Source: Tissierella sp.
Lineage (GTDB): Bacteria; Bacillota; Clostridia; Tissierellales; Tissierellaceae
Direction: 5' to 3'
DNA length: 64,000 nucleotides
Assembly: GCA_012735585.1 (NCBI GenBank)
Contig: JAAYGX010000065.1
Span: forward strand, 68 to 64,067
Shown here: in pieces, positions 45,763 through 55,052 of the stretch
Layout of the letters: every line of letters begins with the position of its first letter
How positions within the stretch are numbered: the first letter of the stretch is position 1
Made by a program: the position numbers and the translations under genes
The notes under the pieces: generated by a model
Told to the model about the DNA's origin: nothing
The model's input: only the letters and a program-made list of their open reading frames with translations
The model's database searches: none

Positions 45763-47277
45763 TTACATAAATATAAATCCACCAGGTCCTAATGGCCATC
45801 CAGTAAAGTACCAAATAAATCCTAGTATTATCCATGCTATCAATATAACTGCTGAATAAGGAATCATTAATGATAATAGTGTACCTACTCCTGCTTCCTC
45901 ATCGTATTCATTCATATATGCAAGAATAATTGGGAAATAAGTGAACAATGGAGAAATAATATTAGTTGATGAATCCCCCATTCTGTATAAGAACTGTGTC
46001 CATGCAGGGTGATAATTTAATAGTGCAAACATAGGTACAAATATAGGTGCGAGTAAAGCCCATTTTGCTGAACCGGACCCTATAAATAGGTTTACAAATG
46101 CGCAAAGCAATATATAACCAATGAAAAGACCAGGTCCTGTAAAACCAATGTCGCTTAAAACATTGGAACCTCCAATTGCTAAAACCTGACCAAGATTTGT
46201 CCAGTTAAAGTAGGATATAAACTGTCCAATTATAAATGCTAATACTATAAATCCTGACATCGTATTTGTAGCTTTTGTCATTAATTTTGGAATATCAGCT
46301 GATGACTTTATTTTACCAAGTTTTATAGCATATGGTATGGATGATACAAGGAATAATATTAAAAGAATTGGAATTATACCAGACATAAATGGTGAACCTG
46401 TTAATATTTCTCCAGTTTCAGGATGCCTTAAAAAACTATTCTTAGGAACTAAAGCTATAACCAATAATACAACATAGATTAAAGTAGCTATACCAGATGC
46501 CCTAAGTCCGGCATTTTCCTCAGGAGTCAATTCTTGAGCTTTTATTTGTTTGTTGCCGGTATATTTACCTAGTTTTGGCTCTAAATATCTTTCTGACATA
46601 ATACTAATTACGAATGCTAATATAAAAGTAGATACTATCATTATATACCAGTTTGCCATCAATGGTATTTCAGGAGCTCCTACAATAGCAGAAGCTTCAT
46701 TTGTAATACCCTGTAATAAAGCATCAGTACCAGCAGGCAAAAGGTTGGCACTAAACCCACCTGTAGTTGCTGCATAACCTATAGCAATACCTGCAATAGG
46801 ATTACGGCCCAAGGACATAAATATCATGGCAGCTAATGGTGGTATAATAACTATTGCAGCATCGGAAGCGATATTTCCACAAATACCAATTAAAGCTATA
46901 ACAAATGTTACTACTCTAGTTGGAGCGCCAAGCATTGTCTTTCTCATTAGGGATGACATAAATCCAACCTCTTCGGCTAGACCAAGTCCCAATGTCATAG
47001 TAAGTATTAATCCCAATGGTGCAAATCCAGTAAAATTGCGAACCATACTAGTCAGGGCATGATTGATACCCTCGCCAGATAGAAGATTCTTAACCGCAAC
47101 TTCTTCACTGGTTGTCGGATTTATAGCACTAACATTCAATAAATTTAAAACAAATGATAATACTGCAACTATAACTATTAACCATAAAAATAGAATAAAA
47201 GGATGAGGGATTTTATTACCTACCCTTTCAACCCATGCTAAAAATCCTTTGTTTTCAGCTTTTTCATTATTTGACAT
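45763..47277 (-). CDS. AbgT-family transporter (aminobenzoyl-glutamate / dipeptide transporter family)
   Basis: 504 aa polytopic protein with an AbgT-type N-terminus (GFLAWVERVGNKIPHPFILF). Confidence 0.88.
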   Translation of the reverse strand: MSNNEKAENKGFLAWVERVGNKIPHPFILFLWLIVIVAVLSFVLNLLNVSAINPTTSEEVAVKNLLSGEGINHALTSMVRNFTGFAPLGLILTMTLGLGLAEEVGFMSSLMRKTMLGAPTRVVTFVIALIGICGNIASDAAIVIIPPLAAMIFMSLGRNPIAGIAIGYAATTGGFSANLLPAGTDALLQGITNEASAIVGAPEIPLMANWYIMIVSTFILAFVISIMSERYLEPKLGKYTGNKQIKAQELTPEENAGLRASGIATLIYVVLLVIALVPKNSFLRHPETGEILTGSPFMSGIIPILLILFLVSSIPYAIKLGKIKSSADIPKLMTKATNTMSGFIVLAFIIGQFISYFNWTNLGQVLAIGGSNVLSDIGFTGPGLFIGYILLCAFVNLFIGSGSAKWALLAPIFVPMFALLNYHPAWTQFLYRMGDSSTNIISPLFTYFPIILAYMNEYDEEAGVGTLLSLMIPYSAVILIAWIILGFIWYFTGWPLGPGGFIFM

Positions 47278-47390
47278 ATGAATCCTCCTTTTTTAGAAAA
47301 TTGAAATGATTACTTTGCTAGAAGTCACCTCCTTCATATACCAAGTAATACTTTTACTTGTTAAATAGATAAAATTTTGTGTTGTTATAG

Positions 47391-47419
47391 ATTATAATAT
47401 AGATTTACCCTTGTTACAA
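47391..47419 (-). promoter_or_regulatory. promoter of the abgT-like gene
   Basis: On the minus strand, TTGTAA (47414-47419), 17 nt spacer, TATAAT (47391-47396). This leaves a 5' leader of about 105 nt. Confidence 0.55.
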
Positions 47420-47507
47420 GAGAAAAAACATCTATATTTATTATGTATTAGATTTAAATAAATGAAGTATGGATAGTGGGATGTTGCAATTATTGAAGAA
47501 TACACAT

Positions 47508-47563
47508 AAAAATACTCCTTAAATATGCTACCATTAACTACTGGTATATATAAGGAGTATTTT
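47508..47563 (-). terminator. terminator of the GNAT gene
   Basis: 12-bp stem AAATACTCCTTA / TAAGGAGTATTT with a long loop. A T-run follows on the minus strand. Confidence 0.55.
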
Positions 47564-47597
47564 AATTTTAAAATATTATTAAGTTATTCTTGTTATT

Positions 47598-48047
47598 CTA
47601 TAAATCTTTAGTCATTTCTACATGTGGTATGGTTTGATAATCAAAAGGGGCGCTTAAGGTTTTGTAGCCCAATTTGTGATAGAACCCTTCAACAGAAACT
47701 CTTCCCATTAAATTTGATTTTGTATAACCTCTTTGTCTTGCAATGTCTTCAATAAAATCCATCAAATGTTTTCCTAAGCCGAGTTTACGATAATCTTCTA
47801 AAATTGCTACACTCTTTATTCTAGCCGTATCTTTATCATCTTCTGCTAAAAAAACAGTTGCAATCATTTTGCCATCTAAGTATCCACCATACATTTCCAT
47901 ATTTTTATCTCCGCTAAGATCCTCATCACGTATATCTAATCCCCAAGGCTTACGAAAAGCTTCATTTCTTATATCTATGGAAACCTCATATTCATCAGTG
48001 CCATACTCTATACTTTTCATTTCAATACCAATACTCAATTTCATCAT
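47598..48047 (-). CDS. GNAT-family N-acetyltransferase
   Basis: 149 aa with an acetyl-CoA-binding style motif (YRKLGLGKHLM). Confidence 0.85.
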   Translation of the reverse strand: MMKLSIGIEMKSIEYGTDEYEVSIDIRNEAFRKPWGLDIRDEDLSGDKNMEMYGGYLDGKMIATVFLAEDDKDTARIKSVAILEDYRKLGLGKHLMDFIEDIARQRGYTKSNLMGRVSVEGFYHKLGYKTLSAPFDYQTIPHVEMTKDL

Positions 48048-48262
48048 CCCCTTTTAATTAAGTAGAAAGTTTTGATTATTATATATTAAAGATATCGAAT
48101 TATAAATCTCATGTCAAGTTAGATTGGAAAAATCTTAATATATAGTCTAACACTTTGAAATTAAGGGTTTCCTCACCAATTTAATTACTGATTTGTATTA
48201 TAATAGTAATTGTAAATGGTGTTGAAAAATGTAATAATAGATATAATACATTAATTGGTGGG

Positions 48263-49189
48263 ATGAAAATGCATAGAAGATTTAGATTTTTAATTATATT
48301 ACTTATTATAGGAGTTACAACTATAGGTTCAATAAGTATAATGAAATGGCTAGACAAGCCAGACCTTGATCCTGTAGACATTACTTCTGATATTGAAGAA
48401 GAGGAGCCTGATATAGAGGTAGAGGCTGGGGTTTTTAAACATACTATAGATAATCTTAATCTAAGAACCGGACCTGGAACGGATCAAGAAGTTATATTTA
48501 CCATTCCTAAAGGGGAAAAGGTAGAGGTACTAGGCCATGATAATGGATGGGACAGAATTATATATAATAATGTAACTGGGTATTCTTCTTCAGAGTACCT
48601 ATCTGATTTTGTGGAAGATACTAATAATAATGATGATGATTTGGAAATTATAGTATCGCCTGAGACCATGAAGGTAGTGAAAGGGATTTTGTTGGTAAAT
48701 AAGGAGTATGCACTACCTATGGGCTATGATCCTGGAGAGGATCCTGAGGCAAGAGAGTATCTAGATAAGATGTTTGCGGCTCATTTTGAAGAAACGGGAA
48801 ATAGCTTGACTGCCTACTCTGGCTATAGGACCTATGAATATCAAAAAGGTCTTTTTAATAGGTATGTGGAGAAAGATGGATATGATAATGCTCTTATGTA
48901 TTCAGCCAAACCTAGGCACTCAGAGCACGAATCAGGCTTAGCTTATGATATAGGTGGCAGTGATCAATCATATTGGCTAGAAGAGGAATTTGAGGACACA
49001 GAAGAGGGTATATGGCTTAGGGATAATGCCCATAGATTTGGATTTATTCTAAGGTATCCAAAAGGTAAGACCCATATTACTGGTTATATCTATGAACCAT
49101 GGCATTTTAGGTATGTTGGAATTGGACATGCTACAAATATTTATGAAGAAGATATTACTTTGGAAGAATATCTACTGGAAGATATATAA
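48263..49189 (+). CDS. secreted or membrane-anchored SH3b-domain D-alanyl-D-alanine carboxypeptidase (M15B/VanY family)
   Basis: N-terminal TM anchor, an SH3b-like segment (LNLRTGPGTDQEVIFTIPKGEKVEVL) and a VanY-type zinc motif (SEHESGLAYD ... EPWHFRYVG). Confidence 0.85.
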   Translation: MKMHRRFRFLIILLIIGVTTIGSISIMKWLDKPDLDPVDITSDIEEEEPDIEVEAGVFKHTIDNLNLRTGPGTDQEVIFTIPKGEKVEVLGHDNGWDRIIYNNVTGYSSSEYLSDFVEDTNNNDDDLEIIVSPETMKVVKGILLVNKEYALPMGYDPGEDPEAREYLDKMFAAHFEETGNSLTAYSGYRTYEYQKGLFNRYVEKDGYDNALMYSAKPRHSEHESGLAYDIGGSDQSYWLEEEFEDTEEGIWLRDNAHRFGFILRYPKGKTHITGYIYEPWHFRYVGIGHATNIYEEDITLEEYLLEDI

Positions 49190-49231
49190 AGCTTTTTTAA
49201 TAATATTGAAATTATGGTATTTTTATGTTAA

Positions 49232-49293
49232 AGTATATATATAGTGGGTATAGTAACCCTAACACACAATATATTGTTGGTTTGTGTTAGGGT
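49232..49293 (+). promoter_or_regulatory. pair of NrdR boxes, overlapping a 12-bp-stem hairpin
   Basis: Box 1 is AGTATATATATAGTGG (49232-49247). Box 2 is ACACAATATATTGTTG (49264-49279). Their centres are 32 bp apart, and both resemble the acaCwAtATaTwGtgt NrdR consensus. The inverted repeat AACCCTAACACA (49255-49266) / TGTGTTAGGGTT (49282-49293) encloses box 2. Confidence 0.6.
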
Positions 49294-49320
49294 TTTATTA
49301 ATTTTATAGGAGGCAGATCC

Positions 49321-51459
49321 ATGTTGAAAGTCGAGAAACGTAATGGAAGTATTGTGGACTTTGAAAATGATAAGATAGAAATAGCCATTGGAAAAGCTAT
49401 GAAAGAAACAGAAAAAGGTCTAGACGAGGCTTTAGCCAAAGAAATAGCTGGGCTTATAAGTGAAGAATTCAAAGATATAGAAGTCGTTCATATTGAACAG
49501 ATCCAAGATGCAGTAGAGGTTCATTTGATGAAACATCGTCCTGATGTAGCTAGAAAATATATTATATATAGGGAAGAAAGAGCCAGACTTAGAGAACAAG
49601 GCTGGGATATGACGGATTTACAAAGGGATATCTATGAGAAAAAATATAGATATAATTATGAGAGTTTTGATGAATTTCTTAATAGGGTAAGTGGTGGCAA
49701 TAGTCCTATAAAAAAGGCTATTAAAGATAAAAAATTCATGCCAGCTGGAAGGATATTAGCTGGAAGGGGTTTAGATAAATTCGGTAGAAAAATTACCCTT
49801 AGTAATTGTTATGTAATGCCTAAGGTTGAAGACAATATAGAAGCAATTTTCGATACTGCAAAGTACTTGGCTAGGACTTATTCCTATGGTGGTGGTTGTG
49901 GTCTTACCCTATCTAAATTAAGACCTAAAGGGGCTAAAGTAAACAACGCCGCAAATACTACAACAGGTGCAGTTTCATTTATGGACTTGTATTCTCTTGT
50001 TACAGGTTTAATAGGTATGAAGGGACGTAGAGGGGCCCTGATGCTTAATTTAGATGTAAATCATCCTGATATAGAAGAGTTTATCAATGTTAAAAATGAT
50101 TTATCAAAAGTGAACTATGCCAATATTTCTGTTAATATAGATGATGAGTTTATGGTTGCAGTTAAAAATGATACAGAATATGATTTACATTTTACTGTAG
50201 AATCCACAGGAGAAGAAATAAGAAGAACTATTAAAGCAAGAAATCTTTTCAGAACATTAGCTAAAAACAATTGGAATATGGCAGAACCAGGAATATTATA
50301 CACAGATAAGATCAACACATGGCATCTAATGAGTGAAGATACATCTTTTGAATTTGCTGGCGTAAACCCATGTGCTGAAGAGACTTTACCAGCATTCGGT
50401 AGCTGTAATTTAGCTTCTATGAATTTAAGTGAATTTGTAAAGAATCCATTTACTAAATATGCTAGATTTGAATTTGAGAAATTTGGTGAATTAGTTAGAA
50501 ATGGTGTTATATATCTTAATGAAGTATTAGACGAAAACATGAAGCTACATCCACTTCCACAACAAAGGGAAATGTCAGAAAGTTTAAGACAAATAGGACT
50601 AGGTATCATGGGTGTATCTGATATGTTTATTAAACTAGGTATTAGATATGGAAGTAGTGAGTCTATCAATTTGATTCATCAAATAGGTAGAACTATGGTT
50701 AATGAAGCCCTAAGACAATCAGCATTACTTGCAAAAGAAGACGGTCCGTTCCCAAGATACAATGCAGAAGCTATGCTAAAGTCTCCATTTTTATTAAGCA
50801 ATGCTGATGAAGATGTCTTGAGCCTAATTGAGGAACATGGGCTTAGAAATAGCCAACTATTGACGATACCTCCAACAGGTAGTATATCAACATTGATAGG
50901 ATGTAGTAATGGATTGGAGCCAATATTTCAAATCTCCTATACAAGAAAGTCTGAATCCTTGCATGTAGAAGACACATATTACAAGGTCTTTACACCTATA
51001 ATAAAGGAATATATGGATGAAAATGACATAAGTAGAGAAGAGGATTTACCAGACTTTATTGTAACAACATCCAACCTAGATTATAGAGAAAGAATTGAAG
51101 TACAAGCTGTATGGCAACAATATATAGATGCAAGTATTTCCTCAACAGTAAATGTACCAAATGAATTTACAATAGATGAAGTTGAAGACTTATATATGTA
51201 TGCATGGGAAAAAGGATTAAAAGGTATAACAATCTATAGGGACGGTTGTGCAAGAAGTGGTATTTTAATAACAAATAAATCTAACAATCCTAGTAACAGA
51301 TTAGATCGAATAGATGAATTACAAAATGAATTAAATGAATTGGCAGCAGAACAATTATTAGAAGATCCTAATACTTGTCCAATGTGTGGTGGAGAGTTGA
51401 TCCATTCTGGGGGCTGCTCAGAGTGTCAAGCATGTGGCTATAGCCCTTGTTCAATATAA
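49321..51459 (+). CDS. nrdJ: adenosylcobalamin-dependent (class II) ribonucleotide reductase with N-terminal ATP-cone
   Basis: 712 aa. ATP-cone (VEKRNGSIVDFENDKIEIAI), class II catalytic motifs (GAVSFMDLY, NPCAEE) and a C-terminal Cys-rich tail CPMCGGELIHSGGCSECQACGYSPC. Confidence 0.9.
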   Translation: MLKVEKRNGSIVDFENDKIEIAIGKAMKETEKGLDEALAKEIAGLISEEFKDIEVVHIEQIQDAVEVHLMKHRPDVARKYIIYREERARLREQGWDMTDLQRDIYEKKYRYNYESFDEFLNRVSGGNSPIKKAIKDKKFMPAGRILAGRGLDKFGRKITLSNCYVMPKVEDNIEAIFDTAKYLARTYSYGGGCGLTLSKLRPKGAKVNNAANTTTGAVSFMDLYSLVTGLIGMKGRRGALMLNLDVNHPDIEEFINVKNDLSKVNYANISVNIDDEFMVAVKNDTEYDLHFTVESTGEEIRRTIKARNLFRTLAKNNWNMAEPGILYTDKINTWHLMSEDTSFEFAGVNPCAEETLPAFGSCNLASMNLSEFVKNPFTKYARFEFEKFGELVRNGVIYLNEVLDENMKLHPLPQQREMSESLRQIGLGIMGVSDMFIKLGIRYGSSESINLIHQIGRTMVNEALRQSALLAKEDGPFPRYNAEAMLKSPFLLSNADEDVLSLIEEHGLRNSQLLTIPPTGSISTLIGCSNGLEPIFQISYTRKSESLHVEDTYYKVFTPIIKEYMDENDISREEDLPDFIVTTSNLDYRERIEVQAVWQQYIDASISSTVNVPNEFTIDEVEDLYMYAWEKGLKGITIYRDGCARSGILITNKSNNPSNRLDRIDELQNELNELAAEQLLEDPNTCPMCGGELIHSGGCSECQACGYSPCSI

Positions 51460-51464
51460 GATAT

Positions 51465-51501
51465 AAAAATACCTAGAAAATTAAATTTTCTAGGTATTTT
51501 T
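51465..51501. terminator. bidirectional terminator
   Basis: AAAAATACCTAGAAAA ttaa ATTTTCTAGGTATTTTT, between convergent nrdJ and opuAA. Confidence 0.85.
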
Positions 51502-51502
51502 T

Positions 51503-52681
51503 CTATAACATTGATGAAAGAACATGTACCTTTGATACAATTCCCTTTAAGCTATGGTCCTGATCAACTACAGCTATTGGAAATGGCGTTGATGCAGCAA
51601 TACTCATAATATCAGTCAATAAAGCATCTGGTGATGCAGTATTGATATCTCTAATTAATATATCAGAAATAGTTAAACCTTGTTTATTGGCTTCTAAAGC
51701 ATCATCGATGGTGATTACACCCTGTAATTTCATCTTTTCACCTACGACATAGGCGCTGGATACTCCATTGGATCTCATCGTCTTTATTGCAAAGTTTAGG
51801 CTATCTTTCATACGAACGATACTATTAGGAGTAATCATAACATTCTTCACGTGGATTACCTGAGTTTTATCTGCACTATCTATAAACTGTTTTACATAAT
51901 CATCAGCAGGATTTTCACTCATTTTTTCTGGAGTAGCTACTTGTATAAGTTCTCCATCTTTCATGATAGCAACCCGATCTCCCAATTTAAAAGCTTCATT
52001 GATATCATGGGTTATAAATACAATTGTTTTATCAAGTTTTCTTTGTATAGTTAACAATTCAAACTGCATATCTTTTCTAACCAATGGATCTAAAGCTGAA
52101 AATGGCTCATCCATTAAAAGAATCTCTGGATCATTAGCCAAGGCTCTAGCTATACCAACCCTTTGTTTCATACCACCTGAAAGACTGGTAATTAGTTCAT
52201 TATCATGTCCTTCTAGTCCAACCATATCGATCATTTCTTTAGCTTTAGCTCGTCGTTCTTCCTTTGGTACTCCTTTTACTTCAAGACCATATTCTACATT
52301 CCCTATTACGTTTCTATGTGACATTAGTCCAAATTGCTGAAATACCATTGAAATTTTATTTCTTCTATAGTCATTTAACTTTTCTTTACCAAATTTACCG
52401 ATATCTTCTCCTTCATAGAAAATATTACCTGAAGTTGGCTTATTAAGCATATTAAAACATCTTACCAATGTAGATTTACCTGAACCAGACAAACCTATGA
52501 TAACGAATATTTCGCCCCTTTTAATTTCTAAATTTACATCCCAAAGAGCAACTGTTACTCCAGTTTGTTTATATATAGCATCCTTATCCTTACCTAACTT
52601 TTTTAGTTTAATCGCTTTAGATTTTTCGACACCATAAAGTTTAGATAAATTTTTTATGCTTAATATATTATTATTCTCCAT
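51503..52681 (-). CDS. opuAA: glycine betaine/proline ABC transporter ATPase with C-terminal tandem CBS domains
   Basis: Walker A GLSGSGKST, signature LSGGMKQRVGIARA, and about 120 aa of tandem CBS at the C-terminus. I prefer ATG 52681 (MENNN) after GAGGTGG over the tracked start at 52696. Confidence 0.92.
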   Translation of the reverse strand: MENNNILSIKNLSKLYGVEKSKAIKLKKLGKDKDAIYKQTGVTVALWDVNLEIKRGEIFVIIGLSGSGKSTLVRCFNMLNKPTSGNIFYEGEDIGKFGKEKLNDYRRNKISMVFQQFGLMSHRNVIGNVEYGLEVKGVPKEERRAKAKEMIDMVGLEGHDNELITSLSGGMKQRVGIARALANDPEILLMDEPFSALDPLVRKDMQFELLTIQRKLDKTIVFITHDINEAFKLGDRVAIMKDGELIQVATPEKMSENPADDYVKQFIDSADKTQVIHVKNVMITPNSIVRMKDSLNFAIKTMRSNGVSSAYVVGEKMKLQGVITIDDALEANKQGLTISDILIRDINTASPDALLTDIMSIAASTPFPIAVVDQDHSLKGIVSKVHVLSSML

Positions 52682-53540
52682 CTGATTCCACCTCACTACT
52701 ATGAATTAATCCTTGGGTAATTCTGTCTAATATAATGGCAATAATAACTACTGCAGATCCAGATACCAAGCCCCTGCCCATTTCTACTCTATTTACAGCA
52801 ATTAAGACTTCCATACCTAGGCCTGAGGCACCTATCATTGATGTGGTAACCACCATTGACATTGCCATCATCAGTGTTTGGTTCACTCCTGTCATTATTG
52901 TTGGTAGGGCTTGTGGAATTTGTACTTTTACCAAGGATTGTATTTTAGTGGATCCAAATGCTAAGGATGCTTCCACAACTTCCTTATTGATTTGTCTAAT
53001 TCCATGATTGGTAAGTCGTATCATTGGAACTATGGCATATACTGTTGTAGCAATAACTGCTGGTGGTTTACCTAGCCCAAAGAATACCATTGCTGGAATT
53101 AGATAAACAAATACAGGCATAGTCTGCATAGTATCTAAAATTGGGCGCATGATACGATCCACTCTATCACTTGTAGATAAAAGTATTCCAATAGGGAAAC
53201 CCAATACCAATGAAATAATTACAGATGCAATGATTATGGATAATGTTTCAATCATTAAACTCCATAGACCAACAGCACCAATTAAAGATAGGAGAGCACC
53301 ATATAATATTCCTTTTCTAATCTTTCTAGATACTTTCCAAGAGATTACCACTACTAGAAGAACCAATACAGACCATGGTATAAAATCTAGTAATTCATTA
53401 ATTGAAGTAACTAAGTTTTGTAAAAAACCTTTTATTATACTAAAGAAAGCATCAAATTTAATACTCCAACCTGTAACAGTCGAATCAATAGCCTTATAAT
53501 TTATAGATATTTTAAAGGGAAAATCATATAACCAATCCAT
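52671..53540 (-). CDS. opuAB: glycine betaine ABC transporter permease
   Basis: 289 aa ProW/OpuAB-type permease with an EAA-like loop (EASLAFGSTKIQSLVKVQIP). Confidence 0.9.
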   Translation of the reverse strand: MDWLYDFPFKISINYKAIDSTVTGWSIKFDAFFSIIKGFLQNLVTSINELLDFIPWSVLVLLVVVISWKVSRKIRKGILYGALLSLIGAVGLWSLMIETLSIIIASVIISLVLGFPIGILLSTSDRVDRIMRPILDTMQTMPVFVYLIPAMVFFGLGKPPAVIATTVYAIVPMIRLTNHGIRQINKEVVEASLAFGSTKIQSLVKVQIPQALPTIMTGVNQTLMMAMSMVVTTSMIGASGLGMEVLIAVNRVEMGRGLVSGSAVVIIAIILDRITQGLIHSSEVESDGE

Positions 53541-53551
53541 TTTATTTCCCC

Positions 53552-54565
53552 CTATTTATTTAAAAAGTCTTTCATTGCTTGAGCATCTTCTGACTCTAAC
53601 CACTGATCTAATAATTCACTGTGTTCTGATAAGAACCATTTAGCTGTCTCCACATAGTCAGCTCCTGTTTCTTGCATATGAGCAAGTCCTTCTGAAGTTA
53701 ATGCACTTGATGTTTCATAATTACTTAAGAAAGCTATAAATTCCTCATTTCCTTGTTCTTCAAAATTGTTACTTACTGCAATGGTTACATTCACTGCAGG
53801 TAATGCTGATGCACCTTCTAAATAATTATCAGGGTTATGAGGTTCATCATCTAATAAAACCATATCATACATACCCAATAACCAAGTTGGCTCCCAGTAA
53901 TATGCAGCGATAGGCTCTCCTCTTTCATATGCTGATGTTATAGCAGTAGCTAATGCAGCATCTGAACCAGGTCTAAAATAATTGAAATTTTCGTCTAATC
54001 CATAATGCATAAATTTATTGTGTAATATTTGATCTACTTCCCAGCCTGGTATAGCACCATACATTCTACCCATACCTGGATTTTCATCATCTGGGAATAC
54101 ATCAGGATGGTCCTTTAACTCCCAAATATATTGTAAATCTGGGGCACTAGCTTCTATACCTCTTTCTTCGTCACCTTCTATTACATATCTAGGAACATAT
54201 ACTCCTTGGAAATTGTCATCAAAATTTGTACTTAATTCATGCAATTTTCCTGCTGCTAAGTCTTCTTCATAAGGTGGAATATTGTCAGTCCAAACTTCCA
54301 TATGAGCGTCAATTTCGCCAGAAATTATACCTTGGTGTGTTACAGGAGTTGATCCGCTAACTTCGCTCCATGAGTAACCCCAAAGTTCCTGTGCAATTGT
54401 TCCAGCAACAGCATTGTGGAATCTAATACTATCCCATCCAGCATCGGCGAATTTGATTTCTACACCAGCATAAGGGCCATCGCCTGTTGAATCGCCACCT
54501 GCACATCCTACCAAAATCAATGAAATAATTCCTACTAGCACTATAATACTTGTTAACTTCTTCAT
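53552..54565 (-). CDS. opuAC: glycine betaine-binding lipoprotein
   Basis: Lipobox LVGCAGG. ProX/OpuAC-type aromatic-rich sequence. Start chosen at MKKL (54565); the tracked start is 54577. Confidence 0.88.
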   Translation of the reverse strand: MKKLTSIIVLVGIISLILVGCAGGDSTGDGPYAGVEIKFADAGWDSIRFHNAVAGTIAQELWGYSWSEVSGSTPVTHQGIISGEIDAHMEVWTDNIPPYEEDLAAGKLHELSTNFDDNFQGVYVPRYVIEGDEERGIEASAPDLQYIWELKDHPDVFPDDENPGMGRMYGAIPGWEVDQILHNKFMHYGLDENFNYFRPGSDAALATAITSAYERGEPIAAYYWEPTWLLGMYDMVLLDDEPHNPDNYLEGASALPAVNVTIAVSNNFEEQGNEEFIAFLSNYETSSALTSEGLAHMQETGADYVETAKWFLSEHSELLDQWLESEDAQAMKDFLNK

Positions 54566-54671
54566 TTTTAACACCATCCTTTAATATTTAGTACTTTTAC
54601 TAAATGAAAAGCATCAATTGTAAAATCACAACATATTCAAGGAGCACACATTTTTAATACTAAAAAAATAC

Positions 54672-54836
54672 AAAAAAACTATGGAGTTCCATAGTCTAAT
54701 TATTAGCACAATATGACTCCCCTTAAAGCGCTTACGAGGTTAGCTGACGGGTTAGGACTAAAGGGTAGCCCTTCGAAAATTTGATTCACCCCAGTTAATT
54801 GGTTCCCCCGCTTCTTAAATTAAGAACTCAGCGACG
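54672..54836 (-). promoter_or_regulatory. c-di-AMP riboswitch (ydaO-yuaA class) with intrinsic terminator, leader of opuA
   Basis: The minus strand reads TCGCTGAGTTC..AAGAAGCGGGGGAACCAATTAACTGGGGTGAATC..CCTAACCCGTCAGCTAACCTCGTAAGCG..AAGGGGAGT. It is followed by ACTATGG-AACT-CCATAGT and a T-run (plus-strand coordinates 54672-54695). Confidence 0.85.
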
Positions 54837-54870
54837 CAATTCATTTGTTCTTTGAAGTTTTAACATTTTA

Positions 54871-54899
54871 ACTATATCATAAGTAAAAATTCATTGCAA
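54871..54899 (-). promoter_or_regulatory. promoter of the opuA leader
   Basis: On the minus strand, TTGCAA (54894-54899), 17 nt spacer, TATAGT (54871-54876), about 30 nt upstream of the aptamer. Confidence 0.6.
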
Positions 54900-54994
54900 A
54901 TGGGATGCCTACTCATTTGGACAAAATTATCCTTAGTATTCCCAAGATATCAACGGTTAAACAGTTCTCAAAAAATATTAAATTTTGTGTTTAT

Positions 54995-55022
54995 TTCAAT
55001 AGAGGAAAAGATTTGGTATAAT
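54995..55022 (+). promoter_or_regulatory. candidate promoter of the helicase gene
   Basis: TTCAAT (54995-55000), 16 nt spacer, TGgTATAAT extended -10 (55014-55022). Confidence 0.45.
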
Positions 55023-55052
55023 TGATAATATATATATACAAGGATGATAAAA

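Noticed and set aside
47278-47390. The abgT-like leader contains the hairpin CAAGTAA/TTACTTG and a second SD-like GAAGGAGGTGA about 45 nt upstream of the real RBS, considered as a riboswitch or leader-peptide device.
   Set aside because: No known aptamer pattern is present. The possible 14-codon uORF (ATGAAGGAGGTG...) has no RBS of its own. The evidence is too thin to call.
49190-49320. Cobalamin riboswitch upstream of the B12-dependent nrdJ.
   Set aside because: The region is too short and AT-rich, and NrdR-like boxes plus a simple hairpin explain it. There are no B12 aptamer motifs.
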